A stretch of 64,000 nucleotides of DNA from an uncultured Bdellovibrionales bacterium (GCA_964594215.1 CAZQLN010000005.1:2475-66474), one strand, 5' to 3'. Shown: positions 47,833 to 57,871, counted from the first letter of the stretch. Notes: generated from the letters alone by a model not told the origin. Program-made: numbers and translations.

Positions 47833-49569
47833 CTAGTAGTGTTTATCGAGAGTAATACCTGTATAGAAGTGCTTAAGAATACTCTGGTAGTCATACCCTC
47901 CATCACGAGCCATTTTGACCGCTCCATTGGCCGATAGCCCCACCATATGATTGCCCCGGCTAGCAAGCTCACAAGTCCCCAAATCCGGATTCTTACCATA
48001 ACTGTCATCCACCGAAGAAAGCCATGGATAAGTCGATGAGGTTTTCTTACGGTAGTCTACACAATTATGTCCCCAGTGGCCGTCTTCATAGCGCCTCGTC
48101 TTACCATCAGTCCAAGAACTATATGGCGTCAGAGCCACCTCATCATCATAGAAAACCAGTGTCCCTCGACTAATCAGAGCGGCGGTGCGGATACGATCAT
48201 GGGCTATTTCCCAATCATAACCGTAGTAAATCTGACTACCTGAGGTAGCGTCTACCTTGAATCCCTGTGCAGCATATTTGGTACTCCATTGGATTTTCCA
48301 AAAACCATAAGTACGAAAAATGGTCGTCATGACGCGATTGTACTCCTCTGGTCCAGTTCCAGTAATCTCCCCCATTCCCCAAACATAGTGTTCAAGCGGA
48401 AGCTTGTTAATAACCCAGATGCGATCACCATCAGCCTCTGGTGAATCATAGTGACGCAGACGAATAGAACCTCGATAGTGATCAAAAGAAGAGTTGGGAC
48501 GGCTGACATCGAAAACTACTGAATCCTTGTATTCTGGAGCAGCTGAGAAACGTACTTCACGTGAGAGGGTTACAATAGCTGCATCAGAACCAGAGTAGTA
48601 GACCAGAAATTTTTTATCACCGAGATACTTCACACGAATCTTAGTATCAGCCGCTATGCTTGCCTGGACTTTACCATCACGATCAAGAACTCGAAAAGGA
48701 ACATTGGCTTTGATACTAAAAGAGCTCACTTTGAGGTCATTGGGTACGTAATTAAAGATGCCCACAGTGATTTCTGGTCCAAGAACAGAAAGGTCTTCAT
48801 CCTCGTCTTCTTCAGGTGCTACTACCCTACCTTCCTCGATAGCCTTTTGATAACGCTCAAAACCTAGTCGATTTTCTTCGGTTCCATAATCTTTGTAACT
48901 GCTGTAGCTGTCTTTATCAAAAAGAATGTTGTTAGCATAACCAGCAAATGGTTTCACAGCAAAGTACTCGGCTTTGAGGTTTCCGTAATTAGCATACTCT
49001 GAGGCACGCGTCTTGAGGTAACTATAACGACTCGGGTTTTTTTGATACTTTTTGTAGTCTTTCTTGAGACTCTTAAGAGCTTTTTTTTCAGCTTTACGAT
49101 TCTCCCATGGATATTTACCAACTAGTTCACGATACCGGATATACTTGCGGTATTGTTCGCGCTTCTCATACTTCTGATAGAGTCGATAGTTGGTATAGCG
49201 AACAAGATCAGCACTTACGTCTACCTCATCAGTACCTATAACCTCTTCTGCGGCAGGTTCTGGAGTAGGTGTTGGATCTGGTTCAGTTATGGGATCTGGA
49301 GTGGGTTCAGTTGGCGGCTCTATAACAGCAGGCTCTGGAGTTGTCGGATCAGATTCTGCTGGTGGAATCAGGGTCTCATCTGCTACTGGTGCTGGATCTG
49401 GAGTCGGTTCTGGAAGAACTTCTTGAGCCCACACCGGACTGCTGATCATTGAAAACAAGAAAAACAAGGTGAATGCCATGGGCAGAGAGAGTGCCCTGGG
49501 GTACAGCGAAAAAATCACGTTTTTCGCTGTAAGAGAGTTTTCTGGGTTGGTAAAGTGTACTTGAGACAT
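47833..49569 (-). CDS. SpoIID/LytB domain secreted protein
   Basis: YRGSI, INKLPLEHYVWGMGE, RTY, SQIYYG, HMVGLSANGA, YQSILKHFYTG; PTPDP linker. Confidence 0.82.
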   Translation of the reverse strand: MSQVHFTNPENSLTAKNVIFSLYPRALSLPMAFTLFFLFSMISSPVWAQEVLPEPTPDPAPVADETLIPPAESDPTTPEPAVIEPPTEPTPDPITEPDPTPTPEPAAEEVIGTDEVDVSADLVRYTNYRLYQKYEKREQYRKYIRYRELVGKYPWENRKAEKKALKSLKKDYKKYQKNPSRYSYLKTRASEYANYGNLKAEYFAVKPFAGYANNILFDKDSYSSYKDYGTEENRLGFERYQKAIEEGRVVAPEEDEDEDLSVLGPEITVGIFNYVPNDLKVSSFSIKANVPFRVLDRDGKVQASIAADTKIRVKYLGDKKFLVYYSGSDAAIVTLSREVRFSAAPEYKDSVVFDVSRPNSSFDHYRGSIRLRHYDSPEADGDRIWVINKLPLEHYVWGMGEITGTGPEEYNRVMTTIFRTYGFWKIQWSTKYAAQGFKVDATSGSQIYYGYDWEIAHDRIRTAALISRGTLVFYDDEVALTPYSSWTDGKTRRYEDGHWGHNCVDYRKKTSSTYPWLSSVDDSYGKNPDLGTCELASRGNHMVGLSANGAVKMARDGGYDYQSILKHFYTGITLDKHY

Positions 49570-49624
49570 CCAAATTTTTATTTTGTATGTCTATTATAGC
49601 ACTATTTAAGCCAAAAGTAAAGGC

Positions 49625-50071
49625 TTAGTAGCTATGTATGATTACTCCTTCGTTCATCATTTTTGGCATCATCATACCGAATCCCCATTCGCGATACCAA
49701 CTTTTCATATCTTTGATCTCTTTGTTTTGAGCTTCAATGATAGCTCCGGCCAAATCCTTAATTTCTTGGTGACCCGCCTGCTTCAAGGCAAGCTCCGCCA
49801 TTGAAACAGCTCCTTGGTGATGCTCAATCATTAATTCTACAAAAGCCTTATCAAAATCATCTCCTGTTTTCTCTTCAAGTGCTGTGGTCATAGCATCCAT
49901 ACTCATGTGACCAGCTGCTTTATCTTCTTGTTCGGTTCGTTGTCCTTTTTCATGAATGCCTAGTTCATGAGCTCGTTTAGATGTTTCTGGTATTCGCAAA
50001 AAAAGAATACTTGTCAGGATAACACCTAGGGCTAATCCGAGTAACAGGTACAGGATTTCTTGTCTTTCCAT
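49625..50071 (-). CDS. DUF305 (CopM-like) protein
   Basis: FDKAFVELMIEHHQGAVSMA...IIEAQNKEIKDM. Confidence 0.88.
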   Translation of the reverse strand: MERQEILYLLLGLALGVILTSILFLRIPETSKRAHELGIHEKGQRTEQEDKAAGHMSMDAMTTALEEKTGDDFDKAFVELMIEHHQGAVSMAELALKQAGHQEIKDLAGAIIEAQNKEIKDMKSWYREWGFGMMMPKMMNEGVIIHSY

Positions 50072-50119
50072 ACTCTTATTTTAAATGGTTATACCCGTTA
50101 CCAGTATACCACTTCGGCT

Positions 50120-51571
50120 CTATAGAAGGTTTTCTAGGTCAAGAACCTCATCTATCCGTACTTGAGCCACAAAGTCCATCACATGAGAAACCAAAATGAG
50201 TGTCCCCTTGTATTCATCAAGAGCCTCCGCGATTACTGGGATATGACGAAAGTTAATATGATTAGTCGGTTCATCAAAAATAAGGACGCTCGGTTCTTCA
50301 GCGTAAAGTTTAGCGAACATAAGTAGTCCTTTTTGTCCCTCCGAAAGACTCCTGACTTTGTTTTGAACCAAGTTAGCCGGAAAAAGAAATTTAGCTGCTA
50401 GCCGATACACTAACTCTTTGTTTTTCTCTTTGACTGACTCCATCAAGGTATCGAATACGGTCGCCTCAAAATCAAGAGTTGAAAAATCCTGACGATAATA
50501 GCCAACCGTGACATCTGGCGAAATCTCTACCAGTTTTGGATCGGCCTTAGCTAGTGATTCTAAAAAGGTTGTTTTACCAATACCATTAGGCCCCGTGATC
50601 AAGAGATGGGTATTTCGTTTGAGAGTGAGATCCACTGGTTTAAGGATAGACTCTTCTTTATCAAGGAGTGATACGGCTTTGATATGCACGATTGGACCAG
50701 TCACATCAGGGCAAGTAATAGAAAACTTAGGTAAAGTCCGATCTTCACGGCGCACATCAATCTTGTTCTCCTCGAGCTCCTCTGCTAAATCACGCATTCG
50801 CTTAGCAACGGCACGTAGCTTCCCCCCCTTGTTAGCGAAGGTATTGGCCTGATCTTTCTTCTCCTTGATAGTGCGCTCCAAACGGACGTTTTCACGCTCA
50901 GCCTTCTCGATACGGACTTTGATCTCCTCAACTACATCGTAATAGTTACCAGTAAACTGTTCTATCTGATGAGTGAAGATATCTAGATAGAGAACTCCTT
51001 CTGTAAATGAATTTAAAAAATCAGCATCATGAGAAATAACAATGCAGGTTTTCTCTGAATGAATAAGAAAATCTTTGAGGTGTTCAATGCCAAGATAGTC
51101 GAGGTTGTTGGTAGGTTCATCAAGTAGCAAGATATCTGGTTCCTGGATCAAAGCATACGCAAGAAGGAGGCGCGCTTGTTGACCGCCAGAAAAAGCTCGA
51201 ATGGTTTTCTCAAAAGGAGCATCTAGATGCACTATCTCCAATACATCTTTGATACGTGCTCGTAAGTCATAGCGCTGTTCACTAAAGGCTTCAGCGAAAA
51301 ATTGCTCAATCGTATAGTCGAGTTTTTCACGATCCATCACCTGGCGGGCAATGGCAACGGTAGCCCCACTATCAAGAGAGATTCTCCCCGCTTCTGGCTT
51401 CATCTCCCGCATAATCAACTTGAAGAGAGAGCTCTTACCAGCTCCATTCTGACCCATAAGAGTGATCTTTGCTCCTCGACGAACAGAAAAGCTCGCCTCA
51501 TCTAGAATGGGCTTCCCATGATCATATTCATATGAGACGCGGTCAAAGCGCAAAACGACATTATCAGCCAT
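50120..51571 (-). CDS. ABC-F family ATPase
   Basis: Two ABC domains (GQNGAGKS/FSGGQ/LDEPTNNLD; GPNGIGKT/LSEGQ/FDEPTNHI), no TM. Confidence 0.92.
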   Translation of the reverse strand: MADNVVLRFDRVSYEYDHGKPILDEASFSVRRGAKITLMGQNGAGKSSLFKLIMREMKPEAGRISLDSGATVAIARQVMDREKLDYTIEQFFAEAFSEQRYDLRARIKDVLEIVHLDAPFEKTIRAFSGGQQARLLLAYALIQEPDILLLDEPTNNLDYLGIEHLKDFLIHSEKTCIVISHDADFLNSFTEGVLYLDIFTHQIEQFTGNYYDVVEEIKVRIEKAERENVRLERTIKEKKDQANTFANKGGKLRAVAKRMRDLAEELEENKIDVRREDRTLPKFSITCPDVTGPIVHIKAVSLLDKEESILKPVDLTLKRNTHLLITGPNGIGKTTFLESLAKADPKLVEISPDVTVGYYRQDFSTLDFEATVFDTLMESVKEKNKELVYRLAAKFLFPANLVQNKVRSLSEGQKGLLMFAKLYAEEPSVLIFDEPTNHINFRHIPVIAEALDEYKGTLILVSHVMDFVAQVRIDEVLDLENLL

Positions 51572-51650
51572 GTTTTTGTTCTAAAAAAGCTCTCTAAAGA
51601 GAGCACAAGGTACCAGCTAGTATGACAGAAAAAAGACTCTTCGGCAACCC

Positions 51651-52478
51651 TTAAACTAAGCGTTTGAGATACGCTGTAATAATACGGCTATCAGAGATGT
51701 ATCTCCCCCGCACCAGAGCATCGGTAGCAAATAGTTTGATATCAGTAATCGCTCGAGCCTGAAGCAACGAATCAATGATGTATTCGCGTTCTTTATCTAC
51801 CTGTTCGTCTACTTGATGGGTAAGCTGATAGGTAAATTTCGCCAAGCCAAATCCAACATCTTTGGAAGCGGCTCCTACCCACATCAGCGGTTTGCTCATA
51901 TCCACCTCTTTTCTTTTGAGCCAATATAGAGGGCTCTCAAGATCTATCTCTGGCTCGATATTAGCCGCCCAAAAACGTACGTGGTGACGCATGCGTGGGC
52001 TCTTACCAATCGGTTTCTGAAAACCATAGTCTTGGACCCGACCAAAAAGAAAAAGTGGGCTAAACGGTGCTCGCGGATAGGACTTATTAAAGAAAAAGGC
52101 TCGGAACATCCTCCAGGCAGTTTTGGGACTAATGGGATCCGCTTGTTTCCAGCCGGCCGCCTCAAAAGCCCGCCAAAGATCTTCCTCGCAACCAAAGAGA
52201 ATGATATTGACTGGATCAGCCAACACTCCGTCTGGAGCATGTGTGTAGCGTGGAATACGAGAACGCCGCAAGATCAGAATTAAGACATAGATAATACGTG
52301 GCAAGAAAAGATACGCCAACAAGAAATAGATGGCAAAAAAGGTAAGGAGAAAGAAGAACTGGGTTCGAAAACCGATAAAATAGTATGAGACCGCTCCCCA
52401 CACCAAAAACAGCGAGGTGCTAGCGAGTACCAAACGAATCAGTCCAGGACGCTTCATTTCATGCAATGGTTTTTTCAT
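51651..52478 (-). CDS. LssY C-terminal domain membrane protein
   Basis: DPVNI, AFEAAGW..AD, YPRAPFSPLFLFGRVQD, RHHVRFW, WVGAASKD, THQVD. Confidence 0.82.
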   Translation of the reverse strand: MKKPLHEMKRPGLIRLVLASTSLFLVWGAVSYYFIGFRTQFFFLLTFFAIYFLLAYLFLPRIIYVLILILRRSRIPRYTHAPDGVLADPVNIILFGCEEDLWRAFEAAGWKQADPISPKTAWRMFRAFFFNKSYPRAPFSPLFLFGRVQDYGFQKPIGKSPRMRHHVRFWAANIEPEIDLESPLYWLKRKEVDMSKPLMWVGAASKDVGFGLAKFTYQLTHQVDEQVDKEREYIIDSLLQARAITDIKLFATDALVRGRYISDSRIITAYLKRLV

Positions 52479-52520
52479 CTTTGTTTTTCTCTATTGTAGC
52501 AAAACTTGAGTTTTTGTACG

Positions 52521-53954
52521 CTATGATGTTAATTTCTTGAGAAAAATAAATTCTTCATCTCGTTCTGGATGAAAAATAATTTCTGTAGAACCGCGCTGTA
52601 GATAGTTTTCAATTTCTTCTTGCGGTTTTTTCCGTGAAGCTACCCAATCCCAACTCAGCAGATATTGGGTTGTCTGTAAACCAGATTTCCGAAAAATACC
52701 TTGATTCCATAAGCGCAAGAAGTTGAGCACAAAAGCCACTAGCGTGTAATGAGAGCTATACTGAGAGCCAAAACGAATACGCTTTACCCCCAGCTCCCGA
52801 GCGATAGCCACAAATTCTCGGAAATAGCCTGAAAAAAAGTGTACGTGCTCATGAGTGGTGAGCCTTTCTGGATACTTACCAAAAACTGCATGAAACTCTT
52901 GGAGCTGTTGTCGCCAGATAGCGCCTACGTCTTGTGATTGTTTCTTGGACTGAAGAAAACGAATTACCCTCTTGGCGAATGACATTTTTGGTAGAAGCAT
53001 CAGTGTTGTCTCACGATCAAGGTGAATATCTAGTGCTGCCTGAGATGCAATGAGCTGGTCTTTTTCAGCTTGACTGAACCTCCCATTCATCATGACAGCT
53101 ACTCGTATTTTAGGCAGAAGAGCCGTAAGGGTAAGAATATGTTCATTGGCTTTTGGGCTGATCCCAAAATCATCAAAGGTGATCTCGCAGTTTAGATTCT
53201 GCCACCAAGCCTCCTCCATCAACACCCTCGTATAATACCCTCGGATAGCAAACCAACGAATTCGAAAAAGATCGCGAAGCATAAGAAGGGAGTCTCTCAA
53301 AATACGCACACTACTTGAGGTTGGATTCTGTAGGGTGATGGGAATTTCTTCGATACGATATTGTTTTTGATGAGCGAGAAATATGAACTCTGCATCAAAA
53401 GAAAAGCGATTGATCCTCATAAGTGGGAAAATCTCCTCTGCTACTTTTTTGGTAAAAAACTTACAGCCACACTGAGTGTCTCGCACTCGAGCCACTCCTA
53501 TAATTAGAATGCGTAAATAACGAAAAGCTTTTTCTAGAAGCAACCGATGATGAAGGACCGGTATAAGTACCTTGCCGCCCGGGCGCAGACGTGAGGCGAT
53601 AGCGACATCATAACCATTTTCGATACTTTTGATGAAAGCTAAAAGCTCTTCCATTGGAATAATCAGATCTGCGTCCAAAAAGCCCACTATTTCACACTCA
53701 GCTCGAGCTACGCCTTGTCTTACGGCATAACCCTTGCCTTGATTTTGTGCGTAATTCACTACCGTAATACCAAAATCTCGCACAGCTTTCTCTAGCTCAA
53801 TACTGGTCTTATCTCGACTCCCGTCATTAACCGCAATAATTTGATATTGTTCGAAATGACTCTGTAAGTATCCATGCACCACCCGGATATTCTGATAGAT
53901 GGTTTTTTCTAAATTGTAACAAGGCAAAACCAGAGAAAGGCTTCGATATTTCAT
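52521..53954 (-). CDS. Dolichyl-P-glucose synthase-like GT2 fused to ChbG/YdjC deacetylase
   Basis: NDGSRD, NQGKGYAV, DAD, DTQCGCK, FSFDAE; then DDFG, IHLD, THEHVH, EIIFHP. Confidence 0.85.
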   Translation of the reverse strand: MKYRSLSLVLPCYNLEKTIYQNIRVVHGYLQSHFEQYQIIAVNDGSRDKTSIELEKAVRDFGITVVNYAQNQGKGYAVRQGVARAECEIVGFLDADLIIPMEELLAFIKSIENGYDVAIASRLRPGGKVLIPVLHHRLLLEKAFRYLRILIIGVARVRDTQCGCKFFTKKVAEEIFPLMRINRFSFDAEFIFLAHQKQYRIEEIPITLQNPTSSSVRILRDSLLMLRDLFRIRWFAIRGYYTRVLMEEAWWQNLNCEITFDDFGISPKANEHILTLTALLPKIRVAVMMNGRFSQAEKDQLIASQAALDIHLDRETTLMLLPKMSFAKRVIRFLQSKKQSQDVGAIWRQQLQEFHAVFGKYPERLTTHEHVHFFSGYFREFVAIARELGVKRIRFGSQYSSHYTLVAFVLNFLRLWNQGIFRKSGLQTTQYLLSWDWVASRKKPQEEIENYLQRGSTEIIFHPERDEEFIFLKKLTS

Positions 53955-54041
53955 ATGCTTCTTGATAGACTGATGTCTTTAGTATATATGCTCTTCTCCC
54001 GATAAGGAAAACCCACCGACACAGGATATTCTGTGGGTGGG

Positions 54042-54611
54042 CTAGTTGGTAACATTGATTCTACTCCAGTTGAGATTCCATGGATCATTTCGCCTTTGTG
54101 GCGCTATTTGTCCATGGCCAACGATGTTCTTGATTGGATGACGTGTCTTGAGAAAAACAATGAGTTTTTGGAGTGACTCATACTGAGCCTCGGTATACTG
54201 GTCTTGTCGAGTATTCATAAGCTCAATACCGATAGAGAAACGATTGACACTTTTTCGCCCATCCGGCATCTGACTAACCCCCGCATGATAGCTCATGTCA
54301 TTATCATGTACGAGCTGATAGACACTCCCTTCTCGATCGATAACATAATGAGAGCTCACTCCGTAATGACGAAAGATGGTAATCAAATCTTCGAGTTCAT
54401 ACACGTTTCCTCCCAATGAATTATAGGAGGAATGAAGAACGATCGTATCCACTATCCGGCCTGAATGGCGGGCAAAGCCCGTCTTGACGAAACGGGGCAT
54501 GATGTTAACTACTGGTTGCGTTGAAAAAGTTAATGACTCTGAGAGTTCTGCAGACGCGCTGGTCATACTGCTTACTCCTACGAACAATAGAGTCGTAAGA
54601 ATGATTCTCAT
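54042..54611 (-). CDS. N-acetylmuramoyl-L-alanine amidase (Amidase_2, AmpD-like), secreted
   Basis: IVLHS, SSHYVIDREG, YHAG, NRFSIGIEL, VGHGQIAPQRRNDP; signal peptide. Confidence 0.92.
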   Translation of the reverse strand: MRIILTTLLFVGVSSMTSASAELSESLTFSTQPVVNIMPRFVKTGFARHSGRIVDTIVLHSSYNSLGGNVYELEDLITIFRHYGVSSHYVIDREGSVYQLVHDNDMSYHAGVSQMPDGRKSVNRFSIGIELMNTRQDQYTEAQYESLQKLIVFLKTRHPIKNIVGHGQIAPQRRNDPWNLNWSRINVTN

Positions 54612-54767
54612 GACTTTTCACCTTTTGTTAAAATAACTTACCTCAAAAGTAGCCTTTTCTTTTTCAGAGGTCAATCGGTGGTTTTCAAACAAAAAGAAAA
54701 GCGGGTATTGGCTGTTAGCCGCACCGCTTCTTTTTCTTTGTAGTCTACCTTTTTGCTAAGCAGCCCT

Positions 54768-54956
54768 TCAGTCTATGAGTAACTCTGCTTCAGCCAAACA
54801 CTTTTTGCAATCTACAAACTGCTTTTGGTCAATATGGTACCAAATGTGTCCTGGTGGCCATCGGCTCGGCACTTCATCAGAAAAACCGCAGAGAACTTTT
54901 TTGATCCCTCCAACCTTATGATAAATATGAGAAATCTTTTCAGGAGAATCTTCCAT
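54768..54956 (-). CDS. Small putative Zn-binding protein
   Basis: H...LCG...CKKC pattern; SD-like AAGGAAGAAAG upstream; follows 54969..55421. Confidence 0.55.
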   Translation of the reverse strand: MEDSPEKISHIYHKVGGIKKVLCGFSDEVPSRWPPGHIWYHIDQKQFVDCKKCLAEAELLID

Positions 54957-54968
54957 CTCTTTCTTCCT

Positions 54969-55421
54969 TTAGATAAACTGGAGTCTTTTGGATTTGTGCA
55001 GCACCTCTAAAATATTTGGATGAACTTGGACGACTCTAACCGGTACTACTTCTTCGAAGGCTAGACATACTAGTCCTGGCTCCACAATTTGAGTAAAATC
55101 ACTTCGTTTGAGGATATGAATATAGCCCATGCCAATAGATAGAAATTCTGGACCCTGAACAAAAAGGTGTGGCTTTTTCTCTGGATCAAATTTCCAGCCC
55201 CATTCAGTCTTCGGGGAACGAATCACCGCATGAACCAGGGCGATATCTGTAAACAAGGTTCCGTACACAGCACGCTGATTGTACTCTGGTATCAGATGCG
55301 CTTGATTTGGCACGGCTGGTTTGAGTATTTTATGGTCTTTTTGGGCCCCATGAAGGACCAGCTTATCAGCCGGAAGTCGGTCAAGATAAGCAATGATTTG
55401 TTCATTGGTCATCCCTGACAC
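54969..55421 (-). CDS. Hypothetical protein, possible ADP-ribosyltransferase-like fold
   Basis: VLHGA...LKP...AVYGT...ALVHA...GYIHIL pattern. Confidence 0.55.
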   Translation of the reverse strand: MSGMTNEQIIAYLDRLPADKLVLHGAQKDHKILKPAVPNQAHLIPEYNQRAVYGTLFTDIALVHAVIRSPKTEWGWKFDPEKKPHLFVQGPEFLSIGMGYIHILKRSDFTQIVEPGLVCLAFEEVVPVRVVQVHPNILEVLHKSKRLQFI

Positions 55422-55518
55422 TCCCTATGTTAAACAACTATTAAAACGTAGTTAATCAGAGTCAAAGCTGACTGTCAATTGAGAGGAAATACTCTACCAA
55501 ATGAAGTTGCGACTACTC

Positions 55519-56544
55519 CTAATTCAACATCTTCGATTTTGGAAGAATGACCTCATTATGATGTCCTCCTTCTATAAAGACTTGGATATTCTCTATGGTC
55601 ATAGTGAGGATACGTTCTAGGGCTTCCTCTGAGAAAAAGGCAATGTGTGGAGTATAAACCACTTCATCACGACTAAGCAGCATATGATCCTTGACCAGCT
55701 CTGTCATTTTTTCGATGCTCATCGAGTTCGTATAGAGAAGTTCTTTCTCTTCTCTAACCAACTCTTCGCCCTCGATCACATCGAGACCACAACCACGAAG
55801 TATTTTCTGATCTAAGGCCCACAGGAGAGCTTCGTTGTCGACCAACTCTCCTCGTGAAGTATTGATAAGCATAGCCCCAGGCTTCACTAATTTAATATTC
55901 TCTTTATTAATGAGGTGGTAGGTCTCCTTTACATACGGGGCATGAAGAGAAATGATGTCTGATTGAGTCAACACTTCGTTAAGAGATAAGTATTCGTAAC
56001 CATACTTAATGGCCAACTCTTCATTAGGAAAGACATCAAAAGCCACCACCTTCATCTCAAAGGCTCTGGCAATCTGAATAACATGCACCCCGATTTTACC
56101 AGTTCCAACAACACCAAGGGTTTTTCCTTGTAAATCAAAGCCCTTTAGACCCTCAATGGTAAAGTTATTACGCAACCGCCTTACATGCGATTTGTGGATG
56201 TTGCGAGAAAGAGCTAATATCAAGGCAAAAGTATGCTCAGCCACCGTATGCTCACCATAGGTAGGCACGTTTGAAACCAAAACTTCTCTTTCATTCGCAG
56301 CCTCAAGATCAATATGATTATAACCAGTCGACCGTGTAGCAATCAGTTTTAGTTGCGGCATACTAGCTATGACCTCTCGGGTAATCTGGCTATGAATAAA
56401 AACTGAGAGGACATCACACTTATTTAAGGCTGCTAGATTTTCTGGCTTGAGGGTATCACGAAAAAATTGCAGGTCGTGCTCATGGAGTTTTTCTCTTAGT
56501 ATCTTCTCCTCCCACTCTTCTATCTCAAAAAAAGTAATGTGCAT
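55519..56544 (-). CDS. D-2-hydroxyacid dehydrogenase (D-lactate dehydrogenase-like)
   Basis: TRSTGYNHID, VAEH, GVVGTGKIG, INTSRG, DVIEGE, TPHIAF; start set at ATG 56544. Confidence 0.92.
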   Translation of the reverse strand: MHITFFEIEEWEEKILREKLHEHDLQFFRDTLKPENLAALNKCDVLSVFIHSQITREVIASMPQLKLIATRSTGYNHIDLEAANEREVLVSNVPTYGEHTVAEHTFALILALSRNIHKSHVRRLRNNFTIEGLKGFDLQGKTLGVVGTGKIGVHVIQIARAFEMKVVAFDVFPNEELAIKYGYEYLSLNEVLTQSDIISLHAPYVKETYHLINKENIKLVKPGAMLINTSRGELVDNEALLWALDQKILRGCGLDVIEGEELVREEKELLYTNSMSIEKMTELVKDHMLLSRDEVVYTPHIAFFSEEALERILTMTIENIQVFIEGGHHNEVILPKSKMLN

Positions 56545-56599
56545 GTTATTGATATTTAATAAAGTATCTCTCCACTGAAAACTCCCAACCACTACCCCT

Positions 56600-57016
56600 T
56601 TATGCCTCTACGTATTTTTTGAAATTATTGAGTATCGCTTGCCAACCATTTTGCTGCATCTCAAGCGGGTTGGTATCTTCAGGATCAAAGCTTTCAATCA
56701 CCCTGCATCCACCATTTTCCTCTTTGAATTCAACACTTACCTTTCTTTCACCATCTCCAATCAAGGTATACTCTATCTTCTTATTCTCTTCAACCGCAGT
56801 ATAGCTACCTTCGAGGTCAAATCCGACACTACCATCTTTAGCTTCCATCCTCGTCTTGAAGTTTCCTCCTGTACGAACATCGTTCTCAGCTTTTGGTACA
56901 CACCAGTCATCTGAGGCAAAACACCATTTCACGATATGCTCTGGAAGAATCCAATATTGCCAGACTTTTTCTATGGGAGCATCTATCAAAACTTCTACAG
57001 TTACTTGAGGTTTCAT
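56600..57016 (-). CDS. SRPBCC/AHSA1 family protein
   Basis: APIEKVWQYW..PEHIVKW, RMEAKDGSVGFD, QQNGWQAILNNFKKYVE. Confidence 0.9.
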   Translation of the reverse strand: MKPQVTVEVLIDAPIEKVWQYWILPEHIVKWCFASDDWCVPKAENDVRTGGNFKTRMEAKDGSVGFDLEGSYTAVEENKKIEYTLIGDGERKVSVEFKEENGGCRVIESFDPEDTNPLEMQQNGWQAILNNFKKYVEA

Positions 57017-57149
57017 ATATTTTATCTAATATTCTCTAGCTTAAATATACCATGTTCAAAAGTTGGTGTTTATTGACAAATTACCAGTTCCCCCTAGGCA
57101 AATATCAAAAGCCGTATACAATAGTCTTATAACCCCTAATGTAAAAAAC

Positions 57150-57401
57150 ATGGCAGCAAACAGTGCATTCATGAAGCCGATGAAAATCAGTCCAGAACTG
57201 GCGGCTGTAGTTGGTGACGGGCCAATGCCCCGCTCAGAGGTAGTTAAGCAGCTTTGGGTCTATATAAAAGGCAAAAACCTTCAGGATCCATCCAACAAGC
57301 GCAACATCAATGCCGATGAAGCTTTGAAAAAAGTGTTTGGCGGTAAAGAGACAGTGAATATGTTTGAAATGACTAAACTGGTCTCAAAGCACCTCTCATA
57401 A
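57150..57401 (+). CDS. Stand-alone SWIB/MDM2 domain protein
   Basis: SPELAAVVG..PRSEVVKQLWVYIK..NLQDP.NKRNINAD..L..VFG...MFEMTKLVSKHL; start at ATG 57150. Confidence 0.93.
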   Translation: MAANSAFMKPMKISPELAAVVGDGPMPRSEVVKQLWVYIKGKNLQDPSNKRNINADEALKKVFGGKETVNMFEMTKLVSKHLS

Positions 57402-57427
57402 TCTTGAGCCCTACAGAAGAATAATCA

Positions 57428-57455
57428 AAAAACGTCTCCTCTTGGAGACGTTTTT
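57428..57455 (+). terminator. Intrinsic terminator
   Basis: AAAAACGTCTCC-tctt-GGAGACGTTTTT. Confidence 0.85.
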
Positions 57456-57700
57456 GTTTTACGTAGAACGATGGATAAACCAGCCAAACAACAAAACCTG
57501 TGCGAGCCACTGCTTAACAATGAAAAAGAATGAAAAAGGACGGGTGTAGAATTATTAGTTCTTCACTCGCCCTGTATTGATTGTAATCAATTCACAACCA
57601 TTCTTCAATGGAATAATCGTAAATTGGGCTTAGCTCAAATAGACCAAGGCCTACTGATGAATAGACTTACAAAGGGAGTAACGAAAACAATATCTTGTCT

Positions 57701-57871
57701 CTACCTTTGTTTGTAGCCGTTACGCTGACCTTTTCTGTAAGACTCATTGTCAGACATCATCTGACGCTCCTTCTTACCAGACGAGAAAAAGACTTCTGAT
57801 CGACTATGGGGAGCATCATAGATGTTCTTACCACCATCTCTTTGGCCCTTCTCATAATAACGCTTACTCAT
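57701..57871 (-). CDS. 56-aa basic hypothetical protein
   Basis: SD-like GAAAGGCGG before ATG 57871; internal repeat YEKGQRDG / YRKGQRNG. Confidence 0.5.
   Translation of the reverse strand: MSKRYYEKGQRDGGKNIYDAPHSRSEVFFSSGKKERQMMSDNESYRKGQRNGYKQR

Noticed and set aside
54692-54739. Hairpin AAGCGGTGCGGCTAACAGCCAATACCCGCTTTT as a fourth leader-motif copy
   Set aside because: It follows a stop codon and lies upstream of the amidase promoter-like TTGACC-17-TACTTT, so an ordinary terminator is the simpler reading.
57538-57572. Hairpin containing ACGGGTG in the 57460-57700 gap
   Set aside because: It lacks the CCCGTTTT arm, a clear promoter and a downstream gene on that strand.
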